Source of the DNA: Candidatus Heimdallarchaeota archaeon
Lineage (GTDB): Archaea; Asgardarchaeota; Heimdallarchaeia; Heimdallarchaeales; Heimdallarchaeaceae
Direction of reading: 5' to 3'
Assembly: GCA_018238545.1 (NCBI GenBank)
Contig: JABCTC010000014.1
Span: forward strand, 1 to 64,000
Length of the DNA: 64,000 nt
In this document: positions 35,313 through 45,569 of the stretch, one piece after another
How positions within the stretch are numbered: the stretch's first letter is position 1
Layout of the letters: each line of letters begins with the position of its first letter
Position numbers and translations under genes: made by a program
Notes under the pieces: generated by a model
Databases searched by the model: none
The model's input: only the letters and a program-made list of their open reading frames with translations
What the model was told of the DNA's origin: nothing

Positions 35313-38072
35313 CTAAACCATCTTTTTGATAATCTCTTTCGCTTGAATTAGGATATGGGGTATTTTGTCTACTGCTAATCCTCCACCTATGGCTACTTCT
35401 CCTTTTCCTCCACCAGATCCCCCAGCAATTGTTGATAATTCTTTTATTACAGCTACAATATCAAAATCCAGCTCTTTGTTTCTCGCACCAACTAAAACTA
35501 CCCTATTGCTATCTGAGGAAACTAGAATGCATATTCCATTTGGATATTGTTTAACAGCTTCTGTAGCTTGAAGAATTAACTCTTTTTGACCACCACTTGC
35601 TTCTTGAACAATAACGTCAATCTGTTCTATTTTCTCTGGTTTTGTTGAATTATTGGAGTATTGCAACTCAGCAATTTTCTTTGTTAGAACTTCAATTGTC
35701 TTTTTCTGTTCCTTCCACTCATTGAAAAACCTCTTTGCTGTTTTTGGTAGCATTTTAGGTTCAACACTTAAGATAGCAGAAGATTCCTTGAGTATGTTTT
35801 CTTGCTCTTGAATGTATCTTAGAGCAGGTTCTCCTGCCAAAATGTCCAATCTTACAATACCATCTTGTATCCTCTCGCTACTTGTAAGTTTGATTATCCC
35901 GATATCACCTGTATTATCTAAATGTGTTCCACCACAAGCTTCAGTATCCCATTTATCAATTGAAACAATATGAAGCGTTTTTCCAGGAACAACTCCACCT
36001 TGATAAATTTGAAAACCATAATCTTTCTCTGCTTCATCTCGATCTACATCTACTTTTGAAATCTTTCTCTTCTCGAAGATAATTCTATTTGCAATATTTT
36101 CCATCTCTTGTAGTTCTTCAGTGCTAACGGATTGATAATGTGTGATGTCCAACCTTGCTTTTTTCTCTGTTTTGTCCGCTCCTGCTTGCCAAATATGTTT
36201 TCCTAGTACCTCTCGCGCAGCATTATTAATAACATGAACTGCAGTATGGTGGCGCATTATTGCCATTCTCCTCTTTGAATCAATTTCTCCAGTAATTGTC
36301 ATTCCTTTCTTTAAGTCACACCGCTCTTTTAATTTATGCAAAATAGAAGAACCTCTTTTTACAACTTCAACAACATAATATTTCTTTGCTTCAAATACAA
36401 TGGTTCCTGTATCATGAATTTGACCCCCACCTGTAGGATAAAACATAGTTTTGTCAAGAATCAAATATTGATCACTAATGATTTCTAAAATTTTTGCTGT
36501 AAATTTACTTTTGTAAACATTCTCATAGTAGAGTAGATCAGTTTGAAACTCCTTTTCTAGTTGTATCTCTGTTTCATCTTTTCTAATCTTTTGCTGTTTC
36601 TTTTGTTCAGCAAAATATTCTTCAATCCTGATATAGAAATCTTCAGGCACATCTATTTCTAAATTCTTCTCTTTTGCAAGTTCTTTAACCATCAATGGAT
36701 TAATGCCATTATTCTGATAAAGATCTACAAGTGTTTTGAAACTGAATTCAGTTTTCTCTTGTAGTAATTTGCTGATTATTCTTCTACCAGATTTTTTAGT
36801 TTCACTATAACGCTTAACTTCTAAATCTACTATCTTATGAATCTCCTCCTTATGTTCCTTTACTCTTGGGAAGGAAACGCTTAGATTATTAATTTGAAAA
36901 TCAAATAATTTTTCGATAGAAAATTGCAATTTGTACAGTTCCTTCAAAGCAATGATTCTACGAAGTAAAATTCTTAGATTATACCCTCCTCCAACGTTAG
37001 ATGGAATTGCTCCATCTGCGATGGTCATGGATAAAGTTCTAGCATGATCTCCAATTGCATAAATTGCTTCTTGTGGTCCTAGAATATCAAGCATTTCTTC
37101 ATAAGACATCCCTAGCTTGCCAGCTAATTCCACCCGCTCTTCTTTAAGATCCTTGACGTCTTCTACTGCTAATAGACCAGATAACTTACTGTAATCCATT
37201 AGTAATTTTTGATCTACTTTGTATCCATTTTCTTTTTGTAAATATTCTATAACATTTGGAAAAATCGCTTCGTAAATAGTTGGAGTACCTTGAGTGAACC
37301 ATGATGTTCTGTCAAGTCCCCAACCAACATCTATAACTTGCATATCAAGCTTCTTTACAGCTCCGTTTTCAAAACCATAGGCAATAAAAACGTTGTTTAC
37401 AAGTTCTGTTCCATATGCAAAAGCTTCAAGGTTTGGACCAAAATTTCCTCCACCAGACCAAATTCCTTCTGCATAAGTAATTTCTTCAGGTTTGAGACCA
37501 ATTTCTTCAGTTAGGTATTGGAAGTTTAGATCAATACACCTATCCATCCAATAACCACCAGTCAGTTTCTCTGAATTAAACGCGTGCTGACCAAACATAA
37601 CAAAGCTTGTTAGATGTCTAGCTGTTTTTCCTATATTGTCTATATCGGAGAACTCTCCACCTGTTCGTATACACATCTGAGGGACTACTAATGGGTTAGC
37701 AGGTGGGTCAATAATGCCCTCTAATACCCAAGGTTGAAAATCTGCAATGGAAGCAATTGTAAATTCCATATCGGCTCTCCATCTAGCAACAACAGGATAG
37801 TCCTTAATGGCAGTATGGCCATTTTTTACAAAGAAGTTTGTTAAACTTTTAATAGTTTCATCAAAATTAAGGTTCGTGCCCTTTTTTCCTAAGAACTGGT
37901 ATCCACCGGAACAACGGGTGTCACCACAAGTTTCTTGATCAGAAACTAAAGTCCAAAATTTATGATTACAAATTGAACAAGATTTTCTAATGAAACCTTT
38001 TTCTTTGAAGAGTTTCACCTCATAATCTTCTCTTTTGAACTTTTCTTTTAGTTGTTTTTTAGACATAGACAT
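35313..38072 (-). CDS. alaS: Alanine--tRNA ligase (archaeal type)
   Basis: YPVVARWR, FTIASIADFQP, PPANPL, IDVGWGLDR, DHAR, HTAVH, EACGGTH, GSGGG. Real start is ATG 38072 or 38066. Confidence 0.96.
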   Translation of the reverse strand: MSMSKKQLKEKFKREDYEVKLFKEKGFIRKSCSICNHKFWTLVSDQETCGDTRCSGGYQFLGKKGTNLNFDETIKSLTNFFVKNGHTAIKDYPVVARWRADMEFTIASIADFQPWVLEGIIDPPANPLVVPQMCIRTGGEFSDIDNIGKTARHLTSFVMFGQHAFNSEKLTGGYWMDRCIDLNFQYLTEEIGLKPEEITYAEGIWSGGGNFGPNLEAFAYGTELVNNVFIAYGFENGAVKKLDMQVIDVGWGLDRTSWFTQGTPTIYEAIFPNVIEYLQKENGYKVDQKLLMDYSKLSGLLAVEDVKDLKEERVELAGKLGMSYEEMLDILGPQEAIYAIGDHARTLSMTIADGAIPSNVGGGYNLRILLRRIIALKELYKLQFSIEKLFDFQINNLSVSFPRVKEHKEEIHKIVDLEVKRYSETKKSGRRIISKLLQEKTEFSFKTLVDLYQNNGINPLMVKELAKEKNLEIDVPEDFYIRIEEYFAEQKKQQKIRKDETEIQLEKEFQTDLLYYENVYKSKFTAKILEIISDQYLILDKTMFYPTGGGQIHDTGTIVFEAKKYYVVEVVKRGSSILHKLKERCDLKKGMTITGEIDSKRRMAIMRHHTAVHVINNAAREVLGKHIWQAGADKTEKKARLDITHYQSVSTEELQEMENIANRIIFEKRKISKVDVDRDEAEKDYGFQIYQGGVVPGKTLHIVSIDKWDTEACGGTHLDNTGDIGIIKLTSSERIQDGIVRLDILAGEPALRYIQEQENILKESSAILSVEPKMLPKTAKRFFNEWKEQKKTIEVLTKKIAELQYSNNSTKPEKIEQIDVIVQEASGGQKELILQATEAVKQYPNGICILVSSDSNRVVLVGARNKELDFDIVAVIKELSTIAGGSGGGKGEVAIGGGLAVDKIPHILIQAKEIIKKMV

Positions 38073-38178
38073 AAGTAATCTATATTTAGGAAAGAGCTGA
38101 AATATAATAAAATTTTGCTTCAATATTAATTTTATTGAGTGACAATATCTTTTTAAGAGTTTTTTACCGCATTTTTGT

Positions 38179-39369
38179 ATGAAAAAGATTAGAATTGAAG
38201 AATTGCAAGGAGATAACATTGATCCAATACTCGAAATGGCCTTCTATGCTTTTTTCAGCTCTCCTGGTAATCTCGAGCAAATGGTTAAAAAAAAACCATT
38301 CTTCAAAGAAGATCTGTGTTTAGCTCTTTATGAAAATGATGAAGTTGTAGCAGGTTTAATGTGTAAACCTATAATGCAAAATGTTCGAGGAGCCATTAAA
38401 CCCATGTGTGGTGTTGCAGAAGTTGTAACTAAACCTGAAGCTCGAAGGCAAGGTTACTCTAAAAAATTGATGAATTTGGCTCTAAAGAAAATGAAAGTGC
38501 AAGGACAGATATTCTCAACATTGTATCCTTTCAAGGAGTCGTTTTACGAAAAATTAGGTTATATTACTTTCCCTCAATATAGAAATGCTATTTTCTCACC
38601 AACCTCTTTAGTTAGTCTATTGAAGGAAAATTATGAAGGAAAAATTGAAAGGGTTAACATAAAAGACGGGTTAGATATTTATCTGAATTTCTTAGAAAAA
38701 ATTCAGAAAAAGGTTCATGGAATGGGGATAAAACATAGAACTGAGCAAGAACGTTTAAAGGAATCACCAAATTTCTGGTTAGCAATTGCTAGAAATAACG
38801 AAGACGAAGTAATTGGTATAATGACTTATCGAATAACTGGTTTCTGGAAGGAATTAAAGGTAAGAAGTTTTTTCTATATTAATTCTCTAGCTAAGTATTT
38901 GCTCTTACAATGGTTAGCTCATCATTCAGATCAAGTTAGAGAAGTTCATTTGCCTGTTCCTCATCATACTTATCCTGAAACTTGGTACAATGATACATTC
39001 TGGGGAGAGAAAGGGAAAATTGTAAATAGAGAATGGGTGCCTTCTGTGATGGGTAGAGTGGTTTCTGTAAATGAATTATCTGGAATAAATGTTGGAGAAG
39101 GGAAAGTGTCAATTAAAATCACAGATGAGCAATGTGAATGGAATAATAATTCATATGTTTTTACAGGTAGTAATGGTGTTCTAGAAGTTTCAGAGACCTC
39201 AGATTATGACTGCGAACTTACTATACAAGGATTTTCAGCAATTGTTTATGGATGTTATAACTTGGATGATTTTCCATTCAAGAAATGGGGTAATATATCA
39301 GAAGAAACTAAAATCAAAATTGAAAATCTGTTTCCACCAGCTTATCCATATCTACATGCTGACTTTTGA
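38179..39369 (+). CDS. GNAT acetyltransferase, Eis-like
   Basis: VVTKPEARRQGYS acetyl-CoA motif, LYPFKESFYEKLGY, MGRVV, C-terminal SCP2-like region ending DF. Confidence 0.85.
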   Translation: MKKIRIEELQGDNIDPILEMAFYAFFSSPGNLEQMVKKKPFFKEDLCLALYENDEVVAGLMCKPIMQNVRGAIKPMCGVAEVVTKPEARRQGYSKKLMNLALKKMKVQGQIFSTLYPFKESFYEKLGYITFPQYRNAIFSPTSLVSLLKENYEGKIERVNIKDGLDIYLNFLEKIQKKVHGMGIKHRTEQERLKESPNFWLAIARNNEDEVIGIMTYRITGFWKELKVRSFFYINSLAKYLLLQWLAHHSDQVREVHLPVPHHTYPETWYNDTFWGEKGKIVNREWVPSVMGRVVSVNELSGINVGEGKVSIKITDEQCEWNNNSYVFTGSNGVLEVSETSDYDCELTIQGFSAIVYGCYNLDDFPFKKWGNISEETKIKIENLFPPAYPYLHADF

Positions 39370-39391
39370 TTTACAGAAGTTTCTCACTTTT

Positions 39392-40369
39392 TTACATTAA
39401 AGCTTCCCAGACTGTTGGAGCCGAATCTGGGTAGAAATTTTTTATGTCCTTTATTACAATAGCAATTTGACCAGTCTTTCCATGAACAGAGTAAGGCATT
39501 CTACTAACTCTATTGGTGTCCATCGTTACTTTTCTATCAATTCTTGGGTAACGGCGCAAAACTATCTCACTAGAGAGTTTCTTTCTAACAGCTGAATCAT
39601 TGGGGATGAGAATATTGTACTTTGTGTGATCAAAATCATCACTATTTTGAACCTGTTTTATGATGTCTTTCGCTTTATTTACAGATATGCCAAATTCATG
39701 TAATTTCTTAGATGTTACTTTTTCAAGATAAGATTTGGCAGTAAGAGCATAAATTCTATTTCTCAAAGGTTTGGCTTCATTAGGAATTTCATCTATAGAT
39801 TGAGATCGTTTTTCATCATGGATAAATGTTAAATAGTCTAGAATTGCAACTCTTTCATTTTTATCAAATTTTTGAATAATAGGATCCCTTACCCATCCAT
39901 GCACTCCTCTTCTTCCGGAAAAAATCCAGATTATATCGTTAAAACCAAAATCTTCTCGCATTGTTTGATCGATAAAGACTGCTGCATCTTGAATGAGAGA
40001 CCAACATTCTTTACAGTATTGAGCACCTTGACAACCACAGGTTCTCACTAAATCATATTCATCAATATCAATATCATAGATAAATTCCCTATAGTTCCAC
40101 TTTAGTTTCTGTATTGGATGTTCTTTTGATGGAGGAGTATCGAAAACTGCCCCAACATAGGCATCTTTTACGGAATTTTTTACCATAAACTCTAGCAGTT
40201 TTTCTGTGTTCTTAAAAGAAATATTTCTCACAAATCTGTTTTTACCAACCACAAAACCAAATTCTCTATTCTTAAAATTGGAGAGACCTATAAATGACAT
40301 GAATTTGTCAATTGGAAATTTTGTTTCATAATAAGTAGAGATTATTTCTGGTGTCAATTTCTTTTTCAT
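39392..40369 (-). CDS. priS: DNA primase small (catalytic) subunit, eukaryote-like
   Basis: REFGF, REFIYDID, CGC..CKECW, FSGRRGVHGW, RMPYSVHGKTG. Confidence 0.95.
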   Translation of the reverse strand: MKKKLTPEIISTYYETKFPIDKFMSFIGLSNFKNREFGFVVGKNRFVRNISFKNTEKLLEFMVKNSVKDAYVGAVFDTPPSKEHPIQKLKWNYREFIYDIDIDEYDLVRTCGCQGAQYCKECWSLIQDAAVFIDQTMREDFGFNDIIWIFSGRRGVHGWVRDPIIQKFDKNERVAILDYLTFIHDEKRSQSIDEIPNEAKPLRNRIYALTAKSYLEKVTSKKLHEFGISVNKAKDIIKQVQNSDDFDHTKYNILIPNDSAVRKKLSSEIVLRRYPRIDRKVTMDTNRVSRMPYSVHGKTGQIAIVIKDIKNFYPDSAPTVWEALM

Positions 40370-40371
40370 AT

Positions 40372-41739
40372 CTAGACCTTCTTTTGCTTGTCATTTGTTT
40401 TTGAATTGTTTGTTTTAGTTTCCTTCTTCTTATAGAAGCGCTTGTATGCATCTTGGGCATATTTTAACATGTGATTTATTTGAAATCCTCTAACTTTCCA
40501 ACCAGTTAATAATGTAAAATACCTTGCGCACGCTGATTGATATCTCTGGTTTATGATTAATCTGGAAATTTCCTCTATCGCTTTATCTACAACTTCACTA
40601 TTTCTTTTAGACATCTTTACTTTGATATCTTCAATTATGTCTTCGAGTTTTTTGTGAGCCCAATAACAGTAATATCCATTAATACACGTTTTGCAGCTTG
40701 GAGGATCATAGTCAACACCACCACCAGTTTTGCCATAAATATGATTGATTTGGTATCCTACACGTTGAACAAATTCTTCATAAGACATCCCAACATTATC
40801 AATTGAATTGCTATACCAAAATCGTAATTGATCATCTACACTCATACCTATCCTTTTCAAAAATGTTCCAAGTTGCCAGTTTTCAACATGGGAAAGATGC
40901 CCTTTAGCTTTCAGTGTGGTAACTAATTCTTGGATACAAGGTGGGAATATATCCGGTTTGGTGTGTATGGCGTCTCCTTCAGCAAACCCTAGATTCTTGA
41001 AATCTCCAGAATATCTTGTTGATCTCGCAATTTTTGATATTCTATCTTTGATTGGTTTAACTGTTACTTCTAATTCCTCGTCCTTTTCGATTAAAACTTT
41101 AGATTTTTCTATAACATCTTTTAGTTGTTTCTCAAACTCTCTTTTTACTGAAAGTCGGATATCAGCTAATCTAACTATCCCCCAACCTTTATAGAGCAAA
41201 GCTTTCTTTGCTCCTATGACCTTAGGAATTTTATGAAAACGAACAGCTAATCTTGTATCTAGAACCTTCACCTTTGATCCATATTTTTGTTTTGATTTTG
41301 CATACTTACCAGATCTGTAAACTGAGTCTGCTAAGTTGAATTCTCGGTTCAGATTTATTTTGAAAAGTTCATTAATTTCTTCTGTAGTTTTTACATTATT
41401 TTTTCCATATAAATCTTTTAAAACTTGGATTCTTTCCTCAAATTTATTACTGCTAATAAAACGGAATTCGAAAAGATCTCCTTCAACTTCTACTAACCAA
41501 GAACTTAATCTTGGATCTGTTGCTACAGCAAGTCTAAGAAGAAGATGCCCCCCTATATCTTCTGATATCGTTGAAAACCAATCCTCATCGGACATCCAGT
41601 TAGGTCTATTTATAATCCACTCATCTTCAGCTAAAAAACGTTCTAATCTTGTTTCTGCAAATTTGTACCAACTAGCTACGTCTATACTAATGTCTCCTGG
41701 ATCTTTTAATACATACCAATCTGGAAGCTTGATAGACAT
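40372..41739 (-). CDS. priL: DNA primase large subunit with Fe-S domain, eukaryote (p58)-like
   Basis: HLLLRLA, EGDLFEFRF, FPPCI, HLSH, LGTFLKRIG, YQINHIYG, YDPPSC, YQSACARYF. Confidence 0.93.
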   Translation of the reverse strand: MSIKLPDWYVLKDPGDISIDVASWYKFAETRLERFLAEDEWIINRPNWMSDEDWFSTISEDIGGHLLLRLAVATDPRLSSWLVEVEGDLFEFRFISSNKFEERIQVLKDLYGKNNVKTTEEINELFKINLNREFNLADSVYRSGKYAKSKQKYGSKVKVLDTRLAVRFHKIPKVIGAKKALLYKGWGIVRLADIRLSVKREFEKQLKDVIEKSKVLIEKDEELEVTVKPIKDRISKIARSTRYSGDFKNLGFAEGDAIHTKPDIFPPCIQELVTTLKAKGHLSHVENWQLGTFLKRIGMSVDDQLRFWYSNSIDNVGMSYEEFVQRVGYQINHIYGKTGGGVDYDPPSCKTCINGYYCYWAHKKLEDIIEDIKVKMSKRNSEVVDKAIEEISRLIINQRYQSACARYFTLLTGWKVRGFQINHMLKYAQDAYKRFYKKKETKTNNSKTNDKQKKV

Positions 41740-41766
41740 GAGATACTCCTTTCTCTATGTCCTTAT

Positions 41767-42909
41767 TTAGTCTGACTTATTAAAAAATTGTGCTAAAGTT
41801 TTTTGATGAGCATCTATTTTTTTTAGATTTGATATTTTTACACCAACTAATCTTATACTAAAAGGGTTTTTTGAAGAATATTCTTCTAATAAACCCCTTA
41901 CTACCTCTCTAACTTGCTTTTCAGATGTTTCATGACATTGAAGAGAACGAGCTCTTGTAGCTGTTTCAAAATCATTGAACCTTATTTTTAGAGTTATCGT
42001 TCTAAAATGCATTTTCTTTTCTTTAGCTTTTGAAACTATAGTTTTTATAGCAGAATCAATATGAATCCAAATGTCCAACCACGAGCTATAATTGTTGAAG
42101 AATGTACGTTCTTCACTTATCGATTTCCTTTCGTGATTACTGAATTTGTCATCAGTTTTTTCTGTATTATAACCATTAACTAACTTCCATGTCTTCAATC
42201 CGTATTTTCCGAATCTTTGGAATACTATCTGATATGGTAAATTAGCTAAATCACCGCAAGTTTCTATCGATTTGCTTTGAAATACTTGGTAGCTTTTTTT
42301 ACCTATTCCGGGAATAACCGTTATTTTTAAAGGTGCAAGAAATTCACTTATCTCCAAGGGTTTTAACACAGTTAATCCATTAGGTTTATCTACTTCACTT
42401 GCAATTTTCGCTAATATTTTTGTTGGTGCAACACCTATAGAGCAAGTTAAATGCTCACTTGCATAGACATCGTCCTTCAACTCCATTGCTAATCTTTTAG
42501 CTTCTTCATAATCACTAACTACATTAGTGATATCTAGATATGCTTCATCATTTCCTGCTATCTTCATAATAGGAGAATAATTGGATAAAACCTTCATAAT
42601 ATTTTCTGATACTTTAGAGTAGAGATTGTAAGTTCCTCTGACCATTGTAACGTGAGGGCATAATTTCACTGCTTGAGAAATGGGCATGCCTGAATGAATG
42701 CCATACTCTCTAGCTTCGTAAGAGCAAGTACTTACTACTCCTCTCTTTGTCTGAGGATTACCTCCTACAATTAAGGGAATACCAGAAAGTTTTGGATTTT
42801 CTCGAATTTCAACACTAGCAAAAAAAGCATCTAAATCCATGTATAAGATGATTTTATCAAATGATTGTTCCTTTTCAGAGAAATATGTCATTTGATTAGC
42901 TAATGTCAT
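41767..42909 (-). CDS. dinB: Y-family DNA polymerase IV (DinB/Dpo4) with C-terminal PIP box
   Basis: MDLDAFFASVE, CSYEAREYGI, NDEAYLD, LAKIAS..KPNG, PGIG, RLVGV. C-terminal QKTLAQFF. Confidence 0.95.
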   Translation of the reverse strand: MTLANQMTYFSEKEQSFDKIILYMDLDAFFASVEIRENPKLSGIPLIVGGNPQTKRGVVSTCSYEAREYGIHSGMPISQAVKLCPHVTMVRGTYNLYSKVSENIMKVLSNYSPIMKIAGNDEAYLDITNVVSDYEEAKRLAMELKDDVYASEHLTCSIGVAPTKILAKIASEVDKPNGLTVLKPLEISEFLAPLKITVIPGIGKKSYQVFQSKSIETCGDLANLPYQIVFQRFGKYGLKTWKLVNGYNTEKTDDKFSNHERKSISEERTFFNNYSSWLDIWIHIDSAIKTIVSKAKEKKMHFRTITLKIRFNDFETATRARSLQCHETSEKQVREVVRGLLEEYSSKNPFSIRLVGVKISNLKKIDAHQKTLAQFFNKSD

Positions 42910-42967
42910 ACTAGCTTAAGGTGATTTTAATATAAAAATACAAAAAAGAAAAAAATGAAGTAAAGGG

Positions 42968-45016
42968 TTATTTTCTTCTCTTAACAAAGAAGATAGATGT
43001 TATACCAATCAATCCAATTATTATAATGAAGAACCCTAATTCAGTGAATTCAGTTGCAGCTGTAATCTCTACATCTCCGGGAGATGGAGTGTCAATTATG
43101 AAATCAGTATCGCAGTTGTTAGTATCTTCATTAGCTGGATATCTTTGTAAGGTTTCATCCTCACCTGTGGTAGAACCGCTCCAAGAAGTTGTACCTGATG
43201 CGCTTCCTGATCCCCAAGCAACTGCATCTTTGGTGTTTCCTGCTGAATCCTTTAGTATCACTTCATCACCAGTATTTCCAAGAGCTAAATTTCCAAGACC
43301 ATAATCTGCTGCAGCTACTGTTATGCCTAAAGCACTCATTTCACTAACATAAGTTGCACTATCTTGAGCAAATACTAAAACCTCAGAACTACTAATTTCT
43401 GCTCCTTCAGGTATTGTGATTACGCCTTCATTGTCTGTTATCGTCCATCCTTCAATAGATACAGCAAAACTAAAACCATTATAGATTTCAGCATACTCGC
43501 CATTTGGTTCTGAATCGCCATCATACCTAACTTCTGATATTAGGAGTAACCAATCTCCAGTGTTGATAATATTAACATCTTTTATGATTTCTATCGGACT
43601 TCCCACTGTTGGTGTTCCTATTATTTTGATTGTGTGAATACCATCAGTATATGATGATGTATCAACACTTTTGCTTACAATTCCAATTGGATTTGTCCAA
43701 GTATGAATTGAAACAGAATCTATCAGCAGTTCACCGGAAGTATATGTGTTTACTGCAAATGAGGCTTGAAAGTTGTAATTTCCAGAAGCAATTCCACCTG
43801 GAGTTGGTGATACAAGAGCAACTGGTTGAGCATAACCAACTGGAGTTTCTCCAGCAGCCCAATCATAGTCAAATACTGTTTTGAAATAAGCTGCTACATT
43901 TGCATTCTTTACTATAGCTCCAGCTTCCCGATTATTTACAAACGAGTTATTAGACCAGTTTATACTAGAAACTTGAACTGTTTCATCATCAACTGAAATA
44001 TATTTATTGTGATCATACATTCCTTTGAAGAACTTAACTTGAATACCATTATTAATTAATAATTCAGTTACATTTCCAGTAGCTGAATCAGGTTCAGGAA
44101 TTAGAACTCTTACAGCTACTCCTCTTAAAGCTGCATCTATAACATCATACAAAGCATCACAATCAAATTTGATGTATTGTAATTCTAAATCTATAGAAGT
44201 TGTAGCGTTTTTTATCATACTAGAAATAAGCTCGTAACTGTTATCTGGAGCGAATATTGGTGTTACTTCAGCGTATTCAACAAAGGTAGTTGGAGAAAAT
44301 GGGTGTTCGTATGTACCGCTTGTTTCAGGTGATTGTAAATCGTCTCCATGGACCATTACTGAATATGGTGTGGAAATTAAACCATCATCATTAAACACAT
44401 CTTCGTAATATGCTGCTATACTAGCATCATTAAACACAAATCCCATCTCTCTATTCGTTCTAGCTTCAGGTGATTCAGGCATGCTTGATGGTGCCCAGTT
44501 ACCTGAATAAACGTATGCGATTTGACTATCTACAATCCAGAACTTTGCGTGAGTGAAAACAAATGTAGAACTTGTCCAGTATACATCAATTCCAGCATCA
44601 TTTAACCTCCATGCTGCTTCTTCTGTGTAGGCATCTTCATAACTATTAACTCTATCATCAGACAGTTGAACAATGACTTCAACACCTCTGCCATGTGCTG
44701 CGATCAATTCATCAACTAAAGATTCACTCGAAAGCGTGTAGACTTCTAAATAAAAAGAAGTTACGGCATTCTTTATAGATCCTATCACTATAGCATGAGC
44801 ATTATCTGGTCCTACGAAAGCTGTGATATTTGTAGTTCCTTTAAAAGTCGTCGTCGTAAGTGCGTCAAGTTTTGTATCAGTTGGTGTTTGTATGTTGGAT
44901 TCTTCCCCTGAGACAGTATGTGAAAAATCAAGAACTACAAACGAACTGAATAGTAAAACTAACAAGACAAAATTAGTAATCTTTATTCTTTTCATAATTA
45001 TATGATATTTTTTCAC
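42968..45016 (-). CDS. Secreted/membrane-anchored phospholipase D-family protein with lamin-tail domain
   Basis: Signal peptide, two HKD motifs (HAKFWIVD, HNKYISVD), LLISEV..EYAEIYN..LGNTGDEVIL (LTD), TM + KRRK. Confidence 0.85.
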   Translation of the reverse strand: MKKYHIIMKRIKITNFVLLVLLFSSFVVLDFSHTVSGEESNIQTPTDTKLDALTTTTFKGTTNITAFVGPDNAHAIVIGSIKNAVTSFYLEVYTLSSESLVDELIAAHGRGVEVIVQLSDDRVNSYEDAYTEEAAWRLNDAGIDVYWTSSTFVFTHAKFWIVDSQIAYVYSGNWAPSSMPESPEARTNREMGFVFNDASIAAYYEDVFNDDGLISTPYSVMVHGDDLQSPETSGTYEHPFSPTTFVEYAEVTPIFAPDNSYELISSMIKNATTSIDLELQYIKFDCDALYDVIDAALRGVAVRVLIPEPDSATGNVTELLINNGIQVKFFKGMYDHNKYISVDDETVQVSSINWSNNSFVNNREAGAIVKNANVAAYFKTVFDYDWAAGETPVGYAQPVALVSPTPGGIASGNYNFQASFAVNTYTSGELLIDSVSIHTWTNPIGIVSKSVDTSSYTDGIHTIKIIGTPTVGSPIEIIKDVNIINTGDWLLLISEVRYDGDSEPNGEYAEIYNGFSFAVSIEGWTITDNEGVITIPEGAEISSSEVLVFAQDSATYVSEMSALGITVAAADYGLGNLALGNTGDEVILKDSAGNTKDAVAWGSGSASGTTSWSGSTTGEDETLQRYPANEDTNNCDTDFIIDTPSPGDVEITAATEFTELGFFIIIIGLIGITSIFFVKRRK

Positions 45017-45058
45017 TTAATAAATATTTATCGACAAAACAAAAATTTGAAATGCTGT

Positions 45059-45529
45059 TTACAGTATTTTCTCTAAAATTTCATAAGCATTTACTATATC
45101 TGCAGAAGCTGAAGATCTTCTTGCTGCTGACCTTAACATTCGTGAATATTGTCTTAAATCTCTATCTGTTACATCTAACAGAGTCATTATGTCTTCTTTT
45201 GTTAGTTTATCTGCGTTAGGGATTTCATTCAATTCAGAAGCAAATGCGAGAGGTGTCATTTTTTCAACTATTTTTTGAATTGGTTCTCCAAAAAACTGTT
45301 TTAGGTAAATTATATCTTCATCCTTAGCTCCCCATACATATATCAACGTTTTTTGATCTCTAAATTTTTCTACGATTTTAATTTTAGATTTAACAAAAAC
45401 AAATTTTCCTTTACCAATATCCTGTTCTAACACAGATGTTTGATAATATTCTGCAATTTTCTCTAATTGGTTTGAGATATTTTGCTTATTTTCAGGTTCA
45501 AAAATGACTTTCATATTACTACTTTTCAT
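45059..45529 (-). CDS. Hypothetical protein
   Basis: 156-aa ORF filling the gap between same-strand genes. No motif recognised. Confidence 0.6.
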   Translation of the reverse strand: MKSSNMKVIFEPENKQNISNQLEKIAEYYQTSVLEQDIGKGKFVFVKSKIKIVEKFRDQKTLIYVWGAKDEDIIYLKQFFGEPIQKIVEKMTPLAFASELNEIPNADKLTKEDIMTLLDVTDRDLRQYSRMLRSAARRSSASADIVNAYEILEKIL

Positions 45530-45569
45530 ACTTAAAATAAAATTGTTTCTAACGAATCATTGTATTCTC

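Noticed and set aside
38073-38219. 49-aa N-terminal extension of AlaRS in the ORF track, overlapping the GNAT gene
   Set aside because: It comes from an upstream alternative start running through the divergent promoter. AlaRS-like sequence begins at MSMSKKQL (38072/38066).
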